15,175 nt of DNA. Source: Fibrobacterales bacterium (GTDB lineage: Bacteria; Fibrobacterota; Fibrobacteria; Fibrobacterales; JAOPTW01). Where the stretch lies: the NCBI GenBank assembly GCA_051532035.1, contig JAOPTW010000079.1, positions 1 to 15,175 of the forward strand, in the 5' to 3' direction. Positions 8,501 to 15,175 of this stretch are shown here, piece after piece (position 1 is the first letter of the stretch; each line of letters opens with the position of its first letter). The notes under the pieces were generated by a model. The model did no database searches. It was not told the DNA's origin and was given only the letters and a program-made list of their open reading frames with translations. Made by a program: the position numbers and the translations under genes.

Positions 8501-11500
8501 ATTTAGAGAAGACCATGAACCGATTCAAATTGATCCTTACGCAATAGCTCAGCACCAAGGTGGAGAGTCACAGTGGCCCAATAGTATACTGTCAGTTTCT
8601 ATAACTGAAAATGCAGAACCAGAAGATCAAATATCAATTCAAGATAATGTTGTCGGTACTATTAATACCGATGGAGTAAATTTAAACTATGGCTCGATTA
8701 CTTTTGGTACCTTAAACGTACCTGAAGGTACAATCTCAAATAATGAAATCCTTTCTATTCTTTTCAATGATTATGCCACAACTGAATTAATACAACAAAC
8801 CATCAGAGCATTTCATTTTGTCACTACATCTCAATCCCCAGATCGTACAATCACTATTACAATAAGTGACTATAAAGAGAGTGAAGCTATTGATACTCGA
8901 ATAGTATCAATTACAGAAAGAGATAATAACCCACCAGAAATAGTGAATAATAGACCTCTAACACTTATTGAAGGTGAAAATACTGCTATGCTGAGTGATT
9001 TTTTAAGTGCTACTGATATCGAAGTTAATGATGAGAGCCTCAAGTTCACTATCACATCAATACCTATAAATGGAACACTCTATAAATCTGGCATCCCTAT
9101 TATACTCAACGGTACATTCCTTATGTCCGATCTGACCGATGGTAATATCACCTATGAGCACGACGGTTCAAACACAACTCAAGACAGTTTTGAGTTCACA
9201 GTGAGTGATGGAACGAATGACTTAACAGGGCAAATCTTCAATATATCAGTCGTAAATCCTATGATTCTAGAATTTGATACCCAGTTGTCGGATGGAACTA
9301 CTATTACTCTGCCCCTACAGGGGACAGTTGATCTGACGGTTGATTGGGGCGATGGCAATAGTGAACATTTTACTACTGCAGGTTATAAAGATCATACCTA
9401 TGATTCAGAAAGGATTTATGAAGTTAGAATATCGGGGTCTCTTACACATTTTGGTATTATTGATAAATGGCCTGCTCAATACCCAAATATTGACAAACTG
9501 ATTAAAGTTAAGGACTTTGGTAGTCTGGACTTAGTAAACCTCAGAGGTGCATTTTATATCGCTGCTAATCTCGATGAAGTTCCAGAAAATATTCCTAATA
9601 CCATAACTAATCTAGCATACACATTCAGTGGTATTAGAAAAGATACAATTATTGGACTTGCGGGCTGGGATGTTAAGAATGTCACAAATATGGAATGCAT
9701 GTTTTGTCTAGCGCTCAATTTTAACCAGGATATTGGAAGTTGGAACGTTGGCAATGTGACCAATATGAGTAGTATGTTTAGAAGCGCTCGATCTTTTAAT
9801 CAAGATATTGGTAACTGGAATGTACGTAATGTGACAAATATGGCTGACATGTTTTTTTCTACCTTTTCCTTCAATCAAGATATCGGAAACTGGGATGTCA
9901 GTAACACAATTAATATGGATAGAATGTTTTATAAGGCTGAAATCTTTAACCAAAACATTAAAGATTGGAATGTGGAAAACGTAGAATATATGCACAGCAT
10001 GTTTTATAAGGCCCATGCTTTTAATCAAAATATTGGTAATTGGGATGTCGGTAAGGTTACAACAATGAATTCTATGTTCTATCAGGCCTATGCATTTAAT
10101 CAAAATATTGGTAATTGGGATGTCAGAAAGGTCAATGATATGAGTTACATGTTCTCTGTAGCCTCTAGCTTTAACCAAGATATTGGCGAATGGGATGTCA
10201 GTAGTGTGACAGACATGAGCTGGATGCTCGCTGATGCACGCTCATTTAATCAAGATATCGAAGTTTGGAATGTAAGTAACGTAACTAATATGCAAGGTAT
10301 GTTTTATCAAACACCTCACTTTAATCAAAATATCGGAAATTGGGTTGTCAGTAAGGTTACAAACATGTATGGTATGTTCTGGAATGCTTCTTCTTTTAAC
10401 CAGGATCTTGGAGCCTGGGATGTAAGTAATGTGACAGACATGACCTATATGTTTTTAAACATCACTCTATCTCCATACAATTATAGTTCACTCCTGAAAG
10501 GTTGGGCTTCTTTAGACAATGGTATAGTTAACGGAGTAACATTCAATGGTGGTAATAGTAAATATTACCGAGGTTCAGCAGCAGATGCAAGACAACAAAT
10601 AGAGTCTAATTATAATTGGACCATAGACGATGGCGGATGGATCGAATACACACTAAACATATCATTAAATGACGCAACTCTTAACTACACTGCAAATGAT
10701 AGAGCAACACAAATAGATCAGACTGCAACTATTACTCATACTGGTACAGATAGAGAATGGAACACTGGAACTCTCACTGTAAAAATAACAGGCAATGCAG
10801 AAGCAAACGACCAATTAACAATTGAAGACAATATAGTTGGAACGCTACATACTAGCGGAACAGATTTAAAGAATGGCTCTACTATAATTGGTTCACTCAG
10901 CGCAATTGAAGGTACTGTTACCAATGATACTGAATTAACTATTACTTTTAACAATAACATAACAACTGAATTGGTACAACAAACTGTACGTGCCATTCAT
11001 TATGGTTCTATTTCAAGCACTCCTGAATTATCAGACCGAACTATTACTTTCAATCTATCTGATGTTCAACCTGATACTTCTATAGATTCAAGAATTATCT
11101 CAATCACAGCACCGAATAATCCACCAATACTATCATTAAACAACTCGCTATCACTTTTTGAAGAGGCTATTGAAACAATCACCTCTCACTCTCATTTAGC
11201 AGTAACCGATGTAGATAATGATGATGCTAACCTGGAATTTACCGTTACTACTGTGCCAGGTCATGGAACACTCAATAAATCCGGATCTCCTATTGCACTC
11301 AACGGCACATTCCTCATGATGGATCTAACCAATGGTAATATCACCTATGAGCACAATGGGTCAAACACTACTCAAGACCACTTTGAGTTTAACGTGAGTG
11401 ATGGTTTAAACGAACTAACAGAACAAACATACTCCATTACTATAATTCCTGTGGACGATGATGCCCCAACAATGATAAATAACAGCCCGTTAACTCTTAT

Positions 11501-13712
11501 TGAAGAAGACATTGCCACCATTACTCATAATCTACTATCTGCTACAGACACCGAAGCAGATGATGCATTGTTAACATTTACCATTACCACAGCACCTGAG
11601 TATGGTACAATAATTAATGATGGGATTCCTCTCGCTCCAAATGATGCATTCCTTATGTCGGATGTATCTAACGGAATGATATCATATTTACACGATGGCA
11701 CCAACACCACTGAAGATTCATTTGAATTCACAGTGAGTGATGGAGTGAATGAACTTACGAATCAAACCTATTCCATTACTATTACACCAGTTGACGATGA
11801 TGCACCAACAATAGTGAATAACAATCCAATAATCCTTCTTGAAGAAGTTACAGCACCTATTACGCATAGTTTTTTGAGCGCAACAGATACTGAAGCAGAT
11901 GATGAAACTCTTGAGTTTATAGTTACTACCCTACCAGAACATGGAATGCTCAATAAATCAGGATCTCCAGTAGTACTCAATGGCATATTCATCATGTCCG
12001 ATCTCACTGATGGATATATCACCTATGAGCACAATGGGTCAAACACAACTCAAGACTACTTTGAGTTTACGGTAAGTGATGGGGCAAACGATTTAACAGA
12101 TCAGACGTACGCTATCAACATTACTCCGATTGATGATGATGCACCATCAATGGTGAATAACAATCCATTAATCCTCGATGAAGGTGAAACTACTACAATC
12201 ACGAACACCTTATTAAGCGTAACTGATACAGAAGCGAATGATGAAACTCTTGAGTTTATAGTCAATAACCTACCAGAGCATGGATCACTCAATAACCTTG
12301 CTAACCCAATAGCACTTAATGGAACCTTCCTCATGTCAGATATCACCAATGGGTATATCACCTATGAACACGATGGATCAAACACCACACAAGACTACTT
12401 TGAGTTTACGGTAAGTGATGGGACAAACGATTTAACAGATCAGACGTGCGCTATCAACATTACTCCGATTGATGATGATGTACCATCAATGGTGCATAAC
12501 AATCCATTAATCCTCGATGAAGGTGAAACTACTACAATCACGAACACCTTATTAAGCGTTACTGATACAGAAGCGAATGATGAAACTCTTGAGCTTATAG
12601 TCAATAACCTACCAGAATATGGAACACTTAATAAATTAGGAGCACCTATTCAACTCAACGACACATTCCTAATGTCAGATCTTTCAGTTGGATCTATCAC
12701 CTATGAACACGATGGTTCAAATACCACTGATGACTCATTTGAGTTCACCGTAAGTGATGGATCAAATACGCTCACAGGACAGACCTATTCTATCACAATT
12801 ATAGCTGTCGATGATGATGCACCGATCATCACTATGAACACTGGCATAACCCTAGATAACAAAGATACCGTTGCCATTCTAAACTCATCACTTGCAGCAG
12901 ATGACACTGAAGCAGACGATACAACACTGCTATTTATTGTGACCACCGCTCCAACAAATGGAGCGCTGGAAAACTCAGATAACGCAGGGATTGTAATCTC
13001 TTCATTCACGCAGCAACACCTGATTGATGGAAAAATTCAATATATTCATGATGGAAACGCTACAACAATTGATAGTTTTATCTTCAAAGTTTCAGATACG
13101 AACAATGAGTTAGTGGATCAGGATTTCTCAATCACTATTAATACTATTCCAAGTTCAAGCTCATCTATATCACCGTCGAGCAGCGCTGTAAGTTCATCAG
13201 ATTACAGCTCTGTTGAATCAAGTTCAAGTGTTGAACCTTCAAGTAGTAGTAGTAGTACAGCATTGAGTTCAAGCATTGCCCTATCTAACAGTAGTATTGA
13301 ATTAAGTAGTAGCATAACACCTGTAGAAAGTAGTACTGGTTCAGGAGGAATTCCACAGTCATCTGCTGCAATACAAGCATCTTCTTCAAATAGAGCATTT
13401 TCTAGTAATAGTTCGACAGAAGGTACACCAACTGACAACCCTTCATCTGAAGTATCCGGTGGTACTTCATCAGTTGCTAGTAGTTCATCGAATGCAATAT
13501 CTATATTAGAAGACCAACATGATTTCACACACTTTGGATTAGAACCACTAAAGGTGACCATATACACTGTAATGGGTAAAAAGGTACAAACACGTACACT
13601 AGCACCCGGTGAATCCCTAGGAAGATATATGTATAATTTATCCCAAGGGTTATATGTCATGAGATATTTTAAAAATGGTAAAGCATTTTATAAGGGGTAT
13701 TTTCATAGGTAA
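5559..13712 (+). CDS. Giant secreted surface protein, probable adhesin: DUF285 (BspA-like 25-aa repeat) modules, PKD-like, FN3-like and cadherin-like domains, T9SS-like C-terminal tail
   Basis: Uninterrupted ORF. Preferred start is the ATG at 5559 (AAGGA RBS at 5547-5551; signal peptide MKHFNLIVLSLLLLFTGQVYA), giving 2717 aa. Three VDWGDG PKD-like heads, FNQDIGNWDVSKVTDMSxMF repeats, two YY.R.Y..N..G..YG...SF FN3-like domains, TYEHDGSNTTQDSFEFTVSDG cadherin-like repeats, a Ser-rich linker and the tail VTIYTVMGKKV...LSQGLYVMR. Confidence 0.9.
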   Translation: MKHFNLIVLSLLLLFTGQVYAGDAMVLVFDTQLSSGTTVTLPLHGTVDVTVDWGDGTSEQFTTDGNRDHTYATDGEYEVSITGTLTHFGNDHRYPKSYSNSDKILKIKDFGNLGITSLHCGFYGASNLNEVTIDLPIIITDLSYAFAGNDQDSIVGLAAWDVINITNMRGLFYYSNSFNQDISHWTVDNVSDMSMMFEGASKFNQNIGIWSVDNAINMSGMFMHTNDFDQDLNSWNVINVTDMTQMFRYAKSFNSNIGSWKVDNVSSMEYMFFKAQSFNQNISNWNVSKVRDMSNMFEYADSFNQIIGNWKVHNVTDMSSMFEYTDFFNQDLTNWDVSKVTDMSRMFYSADVFNGDLSNWRPASAIDMSHMFYSADSFNQDIGNWDVGKVTDMSNMFKYTKSFNQDISNWNISNVTDMTMMFCDADLFDQNIGDWNISKVTSMSSMFCNTKLSTQNYNYILINWSEREELPNNISFGGGLSSYSSGAAASAKEQLETEHNWTISDAGEIRHAATILQDIGSITATSAIGTAAVLDYGSLDPEHYGLCWSTTERPTTTDNKTDMGGTYRPVTFNSILTNLTPGQTYYVRPYTSNTLGTYYGNQISFTTLSEDNAFTLLYNIGSASYKKTITLPLYGSVDVTVDWGDGTTDHYTTTGDKDHRYSNEGIYTVTITGTLTEFGHIFNYNNTRLIKVVSFGNIGLESLSSAFRHADDLDEVPRKLPTTITSLSSAFSETNAIKIDGLESWDVSSVTNMASMFSSALNFNQDISKWDVSKVTNMAGMFYGARYFNQDISNWDVGSVTSMYTMFEGATLSTSNYNSLLISWANLQNISNDVVFSGGNSTYSYGVAENARNKLESVNNWSITDGNATNFSAILTNAPSHLGLGSATLHGTITELGVSNPTQHGFCWIHRGTPTIDDHIIELGPVSEAGDFSAMLSGRSPYSTYYYRAYAINNAGITYGETKSFSPKHHPVVSLDDTSLLFREDHEPIQIDPYAIAQHQGGESQWPNSILSVSITENAEPEDQISIQDNVVGTINTDGVNLNYGSITFGTLNVPEGTISNNEILSILFNDYATTELIQQTIRAFHFVTTSQSPDRTITITISDYKESEAIDTRIVSITERDNNPPEIVNNRPLTLIEGENTAMLSDFLSATDIEVNDESLKFTITSIPINGTLYKSGIPIILNGTFLMSDLTDGNITYEHDGSNTTQDSFEFTVSDGTNDLTGQIFNISVVNPMILEFDTQLSDGTTITLPLQGTVDLTVDWGDGNSEHFTTAGYKDHTYDSERIYEVRISGSLTHFGIIDKWPAQYPNIDKLIKVKDFGSLDLVNLRGAFYIAANLDEVPENIPNTITNLAYTFSGIRKDTIIGLAGWDVKNVTNMECMFCLALNFNQDIGSWNVGNVTNMSSMFRSARSFNQDIGNWNVRNVTNMADMFFSTFSFNQDIGNWDVSNTINMDRMFYKAEIFNQNIKDWNVENVEYMHSMFYKAHAFNQNIGNWDVGKVTTMNSMFYQAYAFNQNIGNWDVRKVNDMSYMFSVASSFNQDIGEWDVSSVTDMSWMLADARSFNQDIEVWNVSNVTNMQGMFYQTPHFNQNIGNWVVSKVTNMYGMFWNASSFNQDLGAWDVSNVTDMTYMFLNITLSPYNYSSLLKGWASLDNGIVNGVTFNGGNSKYYRGSAADARQQIESNYNWTIDDGGWIEYTLNISLNDATLNYTANDRATQIDQTATITHTGTDREWNTGTLTVKITGNAEANDQLTIEDNIVGTLHTSGTDLKNGSTIIGSLSAIEGTVTNDTELTITFNNNITTELVQQTVRAIHYGSISSTPELSDRTITFNLSDVQPDTSIDSRIISITAPNNPPILSLNNSLSLFEEAIETITSHSHLAVTDVDNDDANLEFTVTTVPGHGTLNKSGSPIALNGTFLMMDLTNGNITYEHNGSNTTQDHFEFNVSDGLNELTEQTYSITIIPVDDDAPTMINNSPLTLIEEDIATITHNLLSATDTEADDALLTFTITTAPEYGTIINDGIPLAPNDAFLMSDVSNGMISYLHDGTNTTEDSFEFTVSDGVNELTNQTYSITITPVDDDAPTIVNNNPIILLEEVTAPITHSFLSATDTEADDETLEFIVTTLPEHGMLNKSGSPVVLNGIFIMSDLTDGYITYEHNGSNTTQDYFEFTVSDGANDLTDQTYAINITPIDDDAPSMVNNNPLILDEGETTTITNTLLSVTDTEANDETLEFIVNNLPEHGSLNNLANPIALNGTFLMSDITNGYITYEHDGSNTTQDYFEFTVSDGTNDLTDQTCAINITPIDDDVPSMVHNNPLILDEGETTTITNTLLSVTDTEANDETLELIVNNLPEYGTLNKLGAPIQLNDTFLMSDLSVGSITYEHDGSNTTDDSFEFTVSDGSNTLTGQTYSITIIAVDDDAPIITMNTGITLDNKDTVAILNSSLAADDTEADDTTLLFIVTTAPTNGALENSDNAGIVISSFTQQHLIDGKIQYIHDGNATTIDSFIFKVSDTNNELVDQDFSITINTIPSSSSSISPSSSAVSSSDYSSVESSSSVEPSSSSSSTALSSSIALSNSSIELSSSITPVESSTGSGGIPQSSAAIQASSSNRAFSSNSSTEGTPTDNPSSEVSGGTSSVASSSSNAISILEDQHDFTHFGLEPLKVTIYTVMGKKVQTRTLAPGESLGRYMYNLSQGLYVMRYFKNGKAFYKGYFHR
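6036..6899 (+). repeat. DUF285-type coding repeat array 1 (12 x 25 aa)
   Basis: Conserved Trp codons at an exact 75-bp period from 6036 to 6861. Confidence 0.9.
7791..7979 (+). repeat. DUF285-type coding repeat array 2 (3 x 25 aa)
   Basis: Trp codons at 7791, 7866 and 7941, with the WDVSxVTNM..MF consensus. Confidence 0.88.
8931..9254 (+). repeat. Single cadherin-like (CSPG/Cadherin_3-type) domain
   Basis: PPEIVNNRPLTLIEG...LSATD...ITYEHDGSNTTQDSFEFTVSDG, homologous to the tandem units at 11121-13145. Confidence 0.75.
9666..10454 (+). repeat. DUF285-type coding repeat array 3 (11 x 25 aa)
   Basis: Trp codons at an exact 75-bp period from 9666 to 10416. Confidence 0.9.
11121..13145 (+). repeat. 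Six tandem cadherin-like (CSPG/Cadherin_3-type) domains, ~113 aa each
   Basis: Units start at 11121, 11463, 11802, 12141, 12480 and 12819 (342 bp, then a 339-bp period). Acidic linkers PVDDDAP and the motifs TDTEADD, P.HG.L, YEHDGS and FEFTVSDG. Confidence 0.85.
13148..13493 (+). other. Ser-rich low-complexity linker
   Basis: PSSSSSISPSSSAVSSSDYSSVESSSS...SSVASSSSN, encoded by mixed Ser codons. Confidence 0.85.
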
Positions 13713-15175
13713 ATGATGAAACTCTCACCTGATTGTTTACAAAATGTATCAAGCAGCTTTTATAGTGTTGAATCAAGCTCACATATAAATGTATCGAGTG
13801 AGTATGAGTCTTCTTCTAGCTCTATTTCACTTATATCTTTCTCCTCAATTCAGTCATTGTCTTCTATAGAGCCTTTATCATCAAGTGTAAGTAGTTCGTC
13901 AAGTCAACCGAGTAGTTCATCAGTGGTAACTCTTGTTGGTGATTTACCTACTGCTGAATATAATGCCTTGGTGGATTTATATAATAGTACAAATGGAGTA
14001 AATTGGACTAACAACACTAACTGGCTTGATTCTACGAACCCTGATTGATTTGGGGTAACTATAGAAAATAGTCATGTAACAGTTATTGATCTCCACTGGA
14101 ATAACCTTACAGGCGTTATACCCGAGTCAATAGGTGATTTGGTGCATTTAAAATTATTAGGACTGAATGCAACAGGCCGAGCAGGAAGTATGATAGGAGG
14201 GTCGATTCCTCAAAGTATTGGAAACTTGACACATTTGATTCGCTTGAATATATCAAGTAATGATTTTTCTGGAACCGTTCCTACGAGTTTAGGGCAATTG
14301 GTAAATCTAACCTATTTAGATTTAAAAAGGAATAGACTATCTGGGACAATATTTGAAACGATCAGCACTCTTACTCTCTTAAAGACCCTTACCCTTGAAG
14401 AAAATAATTTCACTGATGTAATGCCTGCATCACTCTCACACTTCGCCTCACTTACTGGATTGTACATCAGTGAAAATAATTTTTCTGGTAGTATTCCCGA
14501 AGATATTGGCACACTCACATACTTAAATAGCATCCAGGTTTCTCAAATGAACCTTACTGGATATTTACCAGAAAGTATTTGTGACTTACAATCGTTAAGT
14601 AGTTTAATTACTTCTAAAAATGCATTGACTGGCTCAATACCAAGCTGCTTAGGGAGTAACAATAGCGAGCTACGAACATTAAATTTAAGTAACAATAGTC
14701 TAACAGGTACAATCCCCAGTGCATTAGGCAGTATTCCTTTTATGTGGAGTATAAGCCTTGCTGATAATAATTTATCGGGCTTAATTCCAGCGAGTATTGG
14801 TAATATTAATGTAGCTAACATTGATTTATCAGGGAATTCTTTAAATGGCACTATTCCAGAAGAGCTGGGATATATTAGTAGATTGAAGGATCTTGATCTT
14901 TCAGAAAATCAGTTGACGGGTTCTATTCCATTATCTTTTGCAGCACTCGTTAATTTAGAGCACCTAGTTTTAAGCAACAATCAACTATCTGGACAAATAC
15001 CCAATGTATTAGGTTCAATGACTACCCTCTACTTAGCGAATCTAGACCATAACAGTTTTACGGGTCCTATACCAACTGATTTTATTAACCTAGAATTTTT
15101 TAAGCAACTGGTTCTCGACCATAATTCATTAACTGGAACGATACCAGAGGTACTGCGGTATGTCTCAGGCAAAAT
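13713..15175 (+). pseudogene. Leucine-rich-repeat protein with plant-type 24-aa LRRs, interrupted by an in-frame TGA at 14046-14048; 3' end beyond the window
   Basis: Ser-rich start, then the LRR N-cap EYNALVDLYNSTNGVNWTNNTNWLDSTNPD*FGVT. The same frame stays open for 375 codons to the window edge, with 15 repeats of LxxLxLxxNxLtGxIPxxLg (e.g. LKDLDLSENQLTGSIPLSF). No signal peptide is visible. The LRR identity is secure; pseudogene status versus sequencing error or readthrough is not. Confidence 0.8.

Noticed and set aside
10020..10124. Identical 30-bp repeats (TTTAATCAAAATATTGGTAATTGGGATGTC at 10020 and 10095) with a 45-bp spacer, superficially CRISPR-like
   Set aside because: They are in-frame coding DUF285 units (FNQNIGNWDV). 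Other copies are synonymously degenerate, and there is no leader or cas gene.
12051..12616. Near-identical pair as a possible DGR template/variable repeat
   Set aside because: Mismatches are not adenine-specific (G/A, A/G, C/T, A/C, A/T, T/C), both copies are in-frame coding units, and there is no reverse transcriptase in the window.
13675..13716. 13-codon ORF MVKHFIRGIFIGK overlapping the adhesin end, as a possible relic signal peptide of the LRR gene
   Set aside because: Too short, no RBS, and explained as an alternative frame of the adhesin tail.
13211..13777. Shared 12-mer TGTTGAATCAAG in the two Ser-rich linkers (13211-13222 and 13766-13777)
   Set aside because: Both encode VES(S) in low-complexity linkers; too short to establish a recombination event.
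14046..14048. Alternative genetic code (TGA=Trp or Gly) or selenocysteine
   Set aside because: TGA terminates creB at its expected C-terminus with an ATGA overlap, and the long genes contain no in-frame TGA. The position corresponds to Trp, not Cys, and I saw no convincing SECIS hairpin.
5617..14851. Short alternate-frame and minus-strand ORFs within the adhesin and LRR genes (e.g. 6087-6398, 9708-10178, 13202-13660, 14543-14851)
   Set aside because: They mirror the repetitive plus-strand coding sequence and have no independent coding evidence.

Overview
AT-rich bacterial chromosomal window, genetic code 11 (TGA is used as a stop in ATGA-overlapping gene pairs). Left part, minus strand: an envelope-stress locus DUF2809-family gene > creB > creC > creD > small membrane ORF > MepA-like (peptidase M74, LAS-type) murein endopeptidase. 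It converges on the 3' end of an unidentified plus-strand gene. Arrays of 11-bp-phased cre-tag boxes (TTCAC-N6-TTCAC) lie upstream of both the DUF2809-creBC unit and creD. Right part, plus strand, divergent: a gene for a ~2717-aa secreted surface protein with a signal peptide, three PKD-like + DUF285/BspA-type 25-aa repeat modules, FN3-like and Ig-like spacers, seven cadherin-like repeats, a Ser-rich linker and a T9SS-like C-terminal tail. Directly after it, in the same frame, is a plant-type leucine-rich-repeat gene. The ORF track mostly misses this gene because a TGA replaces a conserved Trp codon; it runs off the right edge. Fibrobacterota/FCB-group origin is an inference only. No RNA genes, CRISPR arrays or mobile elements were recognised.
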